A stretch of 47,888 nt of DNA, counting the filler, from Jimgerdemannia flammicorona (lineage: Eukaryota): assembly GCA_003990765.1 (NCBI GenBank). It is 2 parts of 2 records of this genome, joined end to end, with 100 filler letters (N's around TTAATTAATTAA, not from the genome) between each part and the next. Parts side by side here need not be neighbours in the genome. Positions count along the whole stretch, not along the records: positions 23,997 to 47,888 come from RBNJ01001047.1; 1 more part is not named here. One strand, written 5' to 3'. The number at the start of each line of letters is the position of its first letter. Position 1 is the first letter of the stretch. Positions 38,465 through 47,888 of the stretch are shown here, in pieces. The position numbers and the translations under genes were made by a program. Below the pieces are notes generated by a model. It did no database searches, was not told where the DNA came from, and was given only the letters and a program-made list of their open reading frames with translations.

Positions 38465-38573
38465 AACCAACTCTGAAATGGTCCAGAATAAAGCAATGAT
38501 TAGTCCCTGATAGATGAGGTGCCATAGGTGCTAAAGTCTGTCCCAGACTTTACAAGCTTTGGGAGAACTGTGA
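38465..38573. repeat. DIRS internal complementary region (ICR)
   Basis: 38465-38503 is complementary to the left terminus (34133-34171). 38504-38573 is complementary to the right extension (38884-38953). Confidence 0.92.
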
Positions 38574-39387
38574 ACAGTTGGTTTCCCACCCATTTCTGAT
38601 CCTTTTTTTTCATTTTCTCTGGGTATAATTTATTTTTCTATTTTTCAGCTATGCTTTGCCAGCCAGTTTTTTCCTATATTTCTCTTCAGGTGTTCCTGGC
38701 TCACATGCCAAGCTTTCTAGGCTAAGGGACTCCATGGGAGTCAAGATGTTCTTTTATTACCATATTTTACATGAAATGTCCCATATATATATGTCTTAGA
38801 CAGAAGGAAATTTGCATATATAAACCCATGTTTCAGACAAAATAAAGCAAACCAATGCTTTCAGGATGGCAGAAACCAACTCTTCACAGTTCTCCCAAAG
38901 CTTATAAAGTCTGGGACAGACTTTGGCACCTATAGTGCCTCATCCATCTGGGAATAGTTAGTGGAGAGGGTGGGGACCAGTTGGGGGGAGATGTCAGAAT
39001 CTAGTAAATTTTATTTAAAAGAAGATAGAGAGTGAGTTCAGATGGTAGGTGGCTGAGTTATACTTCAGCAGAAAGAGATAGGTATTGGCTGAGAGGTTGT
39101 GGATACATATGTATTATTATTTATAGACTGAGTAATAATAAATGAGAGTCCAATTAACTATAAAAAAAAAAAAAAAAAAAAAAAAAAGTAATATGTTTTA
39201 GAAAAGCTACCAGCTCTACTGCCAGTTCTGCCAGTATAAAATCTACCACCAAATCTACCAACTCATCATCTATAAGTACTGCCAGCAGTGTAGATAGAAA
39301 AACTATCAACTATATATCTAGCTATATATCTGATATATAAGTATACTAATACAGTAATGACAACAATGTCTGGTTAATAGATTCTGG

Positions 39388-39903
39388 TCAATGTTTTTGC
39401 TGTAATATCGATCTACGCTAGGGAGGCGTAACTATACTATGTTTTGCATAATGTCAACTACGCTACGCTCACGTGATGTCAATCTTCATGATAAAACACC
39501 AATAACCCCGTGTCACCGAAATGACCATGCATCACCCCGAAATTCTAGGAAAGAAACCTCAAATAAATGATCGATTGTTCTGTATTTGGGTGGAAACACA
39601 TGGTATAAAAGACCGGCCCAACCACTATGTATATATATGTAGGGTGAGGTGGGTGGTAATGAAATGCATACGAATATACGGAAGTGCAAAAGCATAAGTG
39701 TAAAGCACGTACTAAGTAATGTTGGGTGAATAGTAGAATTACATATAGAAGTAATGCGCCTACTGCGCTAGTACCAAAAAAGGAAAGACTACGCCTGATT
39801 TAGACATGCCTTAGACAAACAACGGCGTTGAAACATTTTGGGTACTATACGCCCAAGACCTTCCTGCATTCATTGATCTGTGGTCTCGAGCGAGCCCCCT
39901 CAT
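39388..39903 (-). mobile_element. Solo Ngaro A-B repeat unit, 516 bp
   Basis: End-to-end homologue of 26277-26796 with the same termini (TCAATG...CCCTCAT). Removing it restores Copia GAT TCT GGA GCC ACA (DSGAT). Confidence 0.92.
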
Positions 39904-42900
39904 AGCCACATAGTATATGAGATTATACAGAGAATGATTCTCTACATATCAACTATTTGAGTACTCTGTACTCATTAATTTGGAAGATAATAATATCATC
40001 TATACTCAAGGAAAGAGAATTGTCAGCATACATCTCTGTAGAAATATCATTGAGTCTGCTGCAACTCTTGCAGATATACTATATACTCCAAAGATAGATA
40101 AGAACCTCTTCTATATAGCCAAAATGATAACCTATGACAACAAAGAGATATATATATATTCAAAGGACACAATAGTATATAATTTACATAATAATAAGAG
40201 ATTAAAAATATCCTCAAAATGTGGCAATCTTTAGATGATCAATAGTATATTAAGTAGTATAATAGCCTATATATATGCAATAACTATATCTGATGTATCT
40301 AATATATGGCATCAATACTTAGGATATATTGGCAAGATGTGCCTTAAATGTATAATAAGGAGTAGATCTATTAATAGATTACCATTACATATATACACAT
40401 ATTATAAATTCTTCTATAAGGATTATATGATAAATAAAGTATCTCAGTAACTATTCAAAGAATAATTAAAGTATATATCAGGAATCATCAATCTTAGGTA
40501 TATAGATATATATTGACTAATGCATATGTCATCATACTCTGGCAAGAGGGATGTTCTCATATTCATTGATAATTATATATATAAGGTATATATATTTCCT
40601 ATCATCTAAAAGCAAGTCCTTGGATATATTTATAGAATTCAAAGCAATCATTGAAAATGAAACTGAACATAGAATACATACTATATGATCAGATAATAGA
40701 CTTGAATATATCAATCAAGTATTCAAGTAGTTTCTAATAAAATATAATATAATCTATTAAATAATGGCTCCCTATATATCTCAGCAGAATATGTGGCTGA
40801 GCAATTTAACTATATGGCCATAGAAATATTATCTATGATGATCAATACTACTAGACTATTATATTCTTATTAGGCTGAAGTAATAAGTACTATAGTATAT
40901 ATATATAATTAGTGTATATCTCAATTGCTGAGCAGGAATACTGGCAATAATAATAAGCATTACAAAGAAGATGATCTTACCCCTGAAGAATTATAGAGCA
41001 AATCCAAACCTGATATATCTCATCTATATATCCTCAATAAAAGTAATGCTATCTGAGATAAATTTAAACCCAAGATGGGTAAGCAGATATTTCTTAAGTA
41101 TTCTGGCAAAGCACACTAGCTATAGGATCTATTCAAGTAGTATATAGTCATTTTGCATAATATATAGTTTAGAGAAAAGAGAAATAATTCAGAGATCTAT
41201 GTGGAAGTGCTGGTCAAAACTTCTACATCTCAGTTAGAGTAAATATAGCAACTAGTACATCTCTCATACACCTCTCTAGTATAAATCAATATTATTTTCA
41301 ACTGCTATATATATCTGAGCCTAAGCCAGAGATACCTGAACTAAGAATAATGGAGATCAAAGATAATGATAGTGAATCTTCTAATAACAAAGGATCCTCT
41401 ACCTCTATAAAGGATAAATAAGCATAAAAGTGCTCCACTATTTGTCAAGAAACTTATTTAGAATTGGGAAATTATTGGAATATACTAATATATCTCAATA
41501 ATAATATGAGGACTACATGAGCTATACCAAAGTATACAAATGCACAATGTTGTGATATCTTCTAGTAAGTCAACTATATATAATGAAGCTATAATCAATC
41601 CTGATAGCAAGAAATGGAAATAAGCAATAGATAAGAAATACAATTCTCTTCTTATAAATAGTATATAAGATTTGTATCTCTTCTATCTAATCATTAAGTA
41701 ATCAGATCCAAGTGGGTATATAGGATAAAATATAATACAAATAGTGATATAGAGTAGTATAAAGCTCATTTCATTGCTAAGAGTTATTTATAAGATTATG
41801 GTATAGGCTATGATGAGACATTTCACCAGTATTTAATCTGACTTTACTTAGAATACTCCTTGTGATCAGTATGTTATATGATCTAGAGATTTATCAGATG
41901 GATATTAAGATAGCCTTTCTGAATATTGATATAGATACTGAACTATATATTCATCAACTACAAGAATATAGACTATATGACAACCAGAATGATAAGCTCA
42001 ATATAAACTATACAAAGGATTATACTGTATTATGCAAGCAGTAAATCTTTGGAATAAAATAATTGATAAACATTCCCTTGACAATGGATTTAATTATTAC
42101 AAAGTAGATAATTGTATATACATCTATTATTATAACAATGGCAGAGTATTTATCAGTATTTGGGTTAATGATATCATTATTATAGTCAATCAGAATAGGC
42201 TTAATAGAGTAAAGGAAACTCTATACCAAGAATTTAAGATAACTGATATGAGTGATATATCCTTTCTTTTGGGGATATCTATCACATATGATAGGAATAT
42301 ATGTGCTATAAATCTCTTGCAAGAAAATTATATCAAGTTCATTCTTGAATACTTCAATACATATGAGTAATTGCAAGCCTATTGATATACTAATGAATAC
42401 TTCTGTGAAATTAAAGAAACCTAACAATATGTCAAAGAAAGATGATGATGATGTATCTACCAAGAACAGTACTGAAGATAATGATAACATTCCCTATCAA
42501 TATGTAATTAGTTCACTTATATATCTAATACTAGAAATAAGACCCAAAATATAATAAGGTGGCACAAGATTCCTCCTATTATATATAATAACTGTCATTA
42601 GAGTACTATTAAGAGAATTTTCAGATATCTTAAGAGTATAGTATACTATATACTTATCCTTAGTGGTATTGGATTAAGTGAGAGCAATAGTATCTAACTA
42701 TCTGACACTTATGATACCAATTAGATTAGAGACTTAGATGACTATCAATCTACACTAAGTATCTCTTTTATATTAGCAATCAAGAATCTAACATTTTATG
42801 GCAAATATATAAGCAGAGTTCCATAGCAATATCCTCAATACAGGCAGAGTACCAGATGTTATTATCAGTAATAAAGAAAGCTATATGACTCTATAAGCTT

Positions 42901-43405
42901 TTAAAGAAGCTTGGCTTTACTTAGAAGAACTCTATAGTAATCAGACAAGACCATCAATCTAAGATTATACTTATCAAGAATTCAGTACACTACAGCAGAA
43001 AGAAACATATTAATATACAGTACTATTTTATTTAAAAATGCATAACAAATAGTTCTATATAGTATCTGGAATTAACTCCTACAAAGTATATAACTACTGA
43101 TTTACTTACTAAAGCCCTTCTAAGGCAGAAGTTCAAGCAATGCACTAAAGGAATGGGTCTTATGATCACTATACTATATTCAGGTGACCAATAGATACTA
43201 TTTAAGCTGTTAAGAGTTTTGTACCATATATATATATTAGTTATATATGAATAACATAATATTGCATTTCTGCAGACATTACTATAAATATTTCAGATAT
43301 TTCAGAACAATGTTTGATCTGCAAAAATTCTTTAAACATAGGATTTTATATTTAGTATTTGGGTTATATATAGTTTTAGCTCTTTTTTTATATATATTAT
43401 ATATC

Positions 43406-43406
<1 letters not shown>

Positions 43407-43475
<69 letters not shown>
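43407..43475. repeat. Poly(T) tract
   Basis: About 68 consecutive T in the Copia 3' UTR. Confidence 0.9.
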
Positions 43476-43549
43476 CTAGTTTGTATTCTATTCTTCCTTT
43501 TTAGATATATTTCATATTCTTTATATATATATAACTCATTGAGTAGAAG

Positions 43550-43676
43550 TATTGGGATGGCAACATTATATATTAATATATAATTGATAATTTCATCAGT
43601 CTTATGTTATCTATCAATAATGTATAAAATATATATATCCTATACAAACTCAATAAAAATCTCCCTCTTACTAACA
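43550..43676 (+). repeat. Putative Copia 3' LTR (~127 bp)
   Basis: PPT-like GAGTAGAAG, then TATTGG...CTAACA (mutated TGTTGG...CCAACA) with TATA and AATAAA inside. Confidence 0.65.
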
Positions 43677-45666
43677 TTATTAGTTTACATTTTATTCAAT
43701 TAAAAGATATTTTATGTAATTATTATATCAGAAAGTTTTTAATCAGTATACTTAGTTTGGTTGAATTTTAATAAATATTCATATAGAAATGGAAATTTTT
43801 GTCATAGATCTATATTTATTCATCTCTATCATTTGCTATCCACTACTTAACACTATTGCTCACTACTGCTCACTATTTCTGTAAACTATTTTCATTAATA
43901 TATTCCAGCAAAGTAATATTCACTTTTGATATAATACTCTAAGTATAAATGTCCAATATATCAAATTGGACTTTTGTTATTTATTTTATAAAGAATTATA
44001 TTATCTTATAATATACAAAATAGATAGTAAACTATTTACATAGGTGTTCAAAATTTAGATAATTATATCAGATAGAGTTTTGTTTTAGAATATAAGATAG
44101 ATGAGAGTATTCTACTATATACTATACTGTACCATTCACAATTACAATTATATATATAGGTATTCTACTATACTAGTTACTGAATTAATAAAGCTACTAA
44201 TTTAAAGATCTGATATCTAAGGCTATAATTTAGTAACTAATATATTTATAGTATATCATACCTGGCTTAATGGAGGCAAATTACAAGGTTAGAGACTAAT
44301 GTAGTTTGGCTTGAGCCCCCAGTTACTTTTTTAAAAGCAACAAAATATTCTTAGTATTTAGTAGTATAATATCACAACTGAGTATCTGCAAGTAATTTTC
44401 TTATTGAGATGGTTCTCTGGGTGTAGCAGCAATATGTGAATATGGTTTCTTCTTGGGTCAACTGGAAATTGGTACTATTTCCTGTATAGTATGAGTAGTT
44501 TCCTTATGCATAATGATCTGGCAATTTGGCAGTTCTCCTTATGTAATTTCTATATGATAATCTTGTATAGTATAATGATCTCTGTGTATGACAGTCTGGT
44601 GATTTAGCAGTTCTCCTTCTTGGATTGCAATCTTCAAAAGTATGTAAATTCTGGTAGATAGCTTGATTTGGGTACAGCTTCTCTGAAATAGTGGCTTACT
44701 GGGAATTATACTGGTGACAGATTCTTCTTGGGCTCACTGGGAACAATAAATAATTCAGAGGTCGCAGATTCTTCTTGAATCGGTGGGTTTCTGGGAATAA
44801 TAACTCAGGTGGCACAGATTCATCCTGAATTAGTGGGGTTTTCTGGGAATACAGATAACTCAGAAATGATGGCTTCAACTGGGAAACATGCTGGCAGCTT
44901 TTGGAAAAGGGTCTCTTGGCAAAGTTGCATCAAATACTGACTTTGTTTGCATGAATGAATTAATGCAAAGTTGTATCAGAAACTGGCTTAAGCAAGGTAG
45001 CTTTCTCTTAGGCAGCAGAAACCTGGGTTCTTCAGGCTTATCTGGCAAGTATACCAATAATAATAATTCCAAAGATAGTGAAGTTCTTTCTTGAACTTAG
45101 GCAGCAAACTCAAATTCTTCAGACTTAGTCTGGCAAGCATATCAAAAGCACAGCTAATTCCTTAAGTGGCAGATTTCTCTTCAAAAGGCAGTGAAGGTCT
45201 TTCTTGAACTTGGTGGCAAATCTTCAGACTTATCTAGTAAGCGAATCAAAAACAGACTCATTCTTAGTATCAGAAAGTGGACTGGAGTGGAGAAATAAGC
45301 TCACAATCTCCTAGCAGTAGCTATAGAGTTCCTCTCGAAGTATGGTAGGCAGACTTATCTTTTGTTTCAATTTCGGACTGAGGGTTATTCACTCTTATCT
45401 CTGGGGTAATTTATACAGTATATGGTTACTATGTTGCTAATTATAGATTACTATCTATGGTAAGTATGCAGGTCTTGCACAGATGTACAGATCTTGTACA
45501 AGTATACTAATCTTGTAATCTGGCTATTTATACAGCTTTCCACAGCAATGGTTGCTGGTTACTATGCTATGTATTCATATCATCTGGCTAAGTTATAATT
45601 CAGGTGATACATTTTGGTTTGTCATATCAGCCCCTACTAAAGGATGGTCTGTCCTCAGGCTATCCT

Positions 45667-46182
45667 TTAGTCATCATTATAGTGTGGGTAAGTATCTTCT
45701 GCATCAATATCTGTTCCATCATCTTCATCATCTATACCATTGTTGCTCCATTTCAGGAGTTCTTCTTCTTTCTCTAGAAATAGGATTTTGATAGCTTTGA
45801 TGATGCTTAGGTAGGTGGCCAAGTTCATTCTTTATATATTCCATCAGGAGAATTATACTTATAACAAGGCTGCAGGGTTATATTTGTAAAGGGAATAGAG
45901 CCTGTCTGCAGCAGTGACATCTCTTCTTGATTGTCCTGTAGTACTTCAGATATATATTTGTTCTGAGATGGGGAGGTTCTGCAATTGTTCTCCAATTGTA
46001 TAGTGGGCCTAAGGTTGGTGGACCTGTAGTAATTATCTGGCCAGAACAAGATTCTCTTGATGAATTGGAATTTTTTGGAGGGTAGTCTCATTGATTTCTC
46101 GAAATTGGGATAGAGAAACTGGCAGTGATTTAAATGAGCTGAGGACAACAGTCTGGAGATAGTTGTCAACTTTCTGATTCAT
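45667..46182 (-). pseudogene. Accessory ORF (172 codons) downstream of integrase in B2
   Basis: MNQKVDNYLQ...AHYTIGEQL...AADRLYSLYK...MNLATYLSIIKAI...DDEDDGTDIDAED. One frame, broken only by TAA/TAG/TGA. Its ATG overlaps the pol stop. Confidence 0.75.
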
Positions 46183-47735
46183 GATGTAGGGGAAGGTATA
46201 TCTTAAGGCAATTTATGTGTACTGGTGTCTTCAGGGTTCATTCATCCATGCTTCTTAAATAGATGCTAATTCCTCTGATGTTGTGTACAAAATAAGGTCC
46301 TTCCCATTTGAGTTCCAATTTGGCAGCAAAATTTGTTTCAATCATACTCCTCCAAACTAGTACTTGATCTCTAATCTTGATCTCCTAATCCTACTGTTTC
46401 TGGTTATAATACTACTTTGTCTTTCTTGGACTTTGATAATCTGACCTCAGGCTTGATTATGTAACTGTTCTGCTTCCTTGAGGAGGTCTCCAAGATTCTT
46501 ATGGTCAGCAGTTCTGGTTTTCTTAGCAGACATCATTTTGAATGACTTTTGTTTGGTGGAGGCAGCAGGGGTGTTCTGATTTTCCCATATGATCCAAAGT
46601 AAACAGAGGTCCCAATTGGTAGGATTGACTCAGGCAAGTTCTTTCTTGATGGTCTGGTTCAATCTTTCTATCATACCATTGGTCTGAGGGTGGTATGATG
46701 TGGTCTATTTGAGATAGATCTTGTGAATTCAAGCATTACTTGTGATTATGTTGTTGATGAATTCTGTGCCTCAGTCAGAGATTAGTTCTACTGGGGGCCC
46801 ATATCTGAGTGTGAGTCCATGTAGAAGGCCTACAATAGTTAAGGCATCTGTGATTTCTATTGGAAAAGCCTTGGGCCACTTGGTCAGATATTCTACAAAT
46901 ACAAGAATGTATTTGTTTCTTTTTGGTGTAACTGGTAGAGGTCCCATTATATCTATTTCCCATCTCTGAAAGATGTTGTCTGGTGGTGTGATTGGTTGCA
47001 ATAGTGCTTGATAGTTCTTCCTTTCTTTGTACTTCCGGCAGATGTGTATTGTTTGCATCTTTTCTTCTATATTCATCTGTCTCTGGTGGGCTTTCTGATG
47101 TTCTTTCTGGATGAGATCTTCTTGTGCCTTAATGACCTGAGAAGCTTCCTTTAGGGTATAGTTCCTCAGGACACCCTCCTTCTGGTTTATTGGGGCTAGT
47201 GAGAAAGTATATCAACATTGTTGTGAGCTTTTCCTGCTTTGTGAATGATGGTGATTTTGTAATCCTGAAGAATAAGGATCCAGCAGGCTAGGATTCTGGT
47301 GGATTCCTTACAGTTGAATAGCTATTTGAGAGCTGTATGGTCTGTGATCAGGATGAACCTTTTTCTGATAAAGTAATGCTTGAACAGAGTGACCACTCAT
47401 ATGACTGTAAGGCATTCTAGTTTAGTGTTACCATAGTTCATCTACTGCTGATTGGTAGCTCTGCTTGCATAAGCTATCACATAGTGTTGTTGATCAGGCC
47501 CTTCTTGGGCTAGAACTACTCTGAGACCATCTTTTGAAACATCTATATATAAGTTGAATGGCTTCTGTAGGTTGGGGTACATAAGGAGTAGTACTGTAGT
47601 CATATAGTTCTTGAGTTCTTTGAAGGCTTTTCTTGTGATTCCGTTTATTTGAATGGTACTCCTTTCTTGAGAAGGATTCAGATTGGGGCAGCAATTTAGG
47701 CAAAATCTTTAATAAACCTTCTATAGTAGGATGAC
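46166..47735 (-). pseudogene. pol: Gypsy B2 pol (RNase H, integrase with GPY/F)
   Basis: SYYRRFIKDFA, ITDHTAL, WEIDIMGPLP, YILVFVEYLTKWPKAFP, YGPPVELISD, KLELKWEGPY. Confidence 0.92.
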
Positions 47736-47739
47736 AAAA

Positions 47740-47862
47740 TATCTGAGAGAAGAGAGGCTCTGAGTATAATTTCTAAGCTACGCAACCTAGTTGTATCAGT
47801 CCAATCATCTCCACAATGATAAGACAAATTTGTTATGCAGTGTAGGGCAATCATTTTAGCTC
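47740..47862 (+). pseudogene. Probable hAT transposase fragment
   Basis: Translates SIISKLRNLVVSVQSSPQ**DKFVMQC, matching my recollection of the fungal hAT KLR.lv..irsSPQRr..F motif. The match is short. Confidence 0.55.
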
Positions 47863-47888
47863 TTTTTTTTTTTTTTTTTTTTTTTTTT

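Larger units (their letters stand above)
34133..38953 (+). mobile_element. DIRS1-type tyrosine recombinase retrotransposon, structurally complete
   Basis: ITRs at 34162-34340 and 38708-38883, right extension 38884-38953, ICR 38465-38573. Gag, RT-RH-MT and YR are present. No TSD. Confidence 0.95.
24019..39187 (+). mobile_element. L1/Tx1-like LINE copy 2, interrupted by Ngaro and DIRS insertions
   Basis: Segments 24019-26276, 31139-34132 and 38954-39187 join into a sequence collinear with copy 1. ORF2 ATG at 25825, poly(A) at 39162-39187. Confidence 0.9.
39188..43676 (+). mobile_element. Ty1/Copia LTR retrotransposon relic (5' end cut by the LINE), very AT-rich
   Basis: PR WLIDSG|AT, IWHQYLGY, integrase FKAIIENET...SDN..EY, RT SKWVYRIK, QMDIKIAFLN, IWVNDII, RH TDLLTKAL. 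Domain order is PR-IN-RT-RH. Confidence 0.9.
44405..47735 (-). mobile_element. Gypsy family B copy B2 (3' half)
   Basis: RNase H, integrase, extra ORF, PPT at ~45627-45642 and LTR at ~44405-45626. Homologous to B1. The left boundary is approximate. Confidence 0.88.

Noticed and set aside
43247..43504. Poly-Phe ORF
   Set aside because: It is an artefact of the poly(T) tract.
43677..44404. AT-rich interval with a short duplication (GTATTCTACTATA near 44106 and 44160)
   Set aside because: No motifs or termini I can support. It is probably heavily mutated TE debris.
45825..46169. 114-aa ORF-track call as the post-integrase gene or a chromodomain
   Set aside because: It has no chromodomain motif. 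The frame conserved with copy B1 is a different one (45667-46182).

Overview
This is a eukaryotic window, most likely fungal heterochromatin (inference), made almost entirely of nested, C-to-T-eroded transposable elements. I found no host gene, RNA gene or CRISPR array. From left to right: (A) a minus-strand Ty3/Gypsy element (1-6586) with Gag-CCHC-dUTPase-PR-RT-RNaseH and a ~1.8 kb putative 5' LTR containing a ~366-codon extra ORF. (B1) A second Gypsy family (7372-17195, minus) with dUTPase upstream of RT and an extra ORF after integrase, interrupted by a hAT-type MITE (8779-9097) and a Penelope-like element (12199-16640). A plus-strand family-B fragment (~17200-18092). Two L1/Tx1-like LINEs (~18098-23896 and 24019-39187); the second hosts a complete Ngaro-type (26277-31138) and a complete DIRS1-type (34133-38953) tyrosine-recombinase retrotransposon. 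A very degenerate Ty1/Copia (39188-43676) split at its protease active site by a solo Ngaro repeat unit. A further family-B copy (B2, ~44405-47735) and a short hAT transposase relic. Most interesting: two different dUTPase-bearing Gypsy families each carry an apparently related, unannotated accessory ORF; the Penelope-like element lacks a recognisable endonuclease yet has an 8-bp target duplication; and there is a solo Ngaro repeat unit. All translations and alignments were done by eye.
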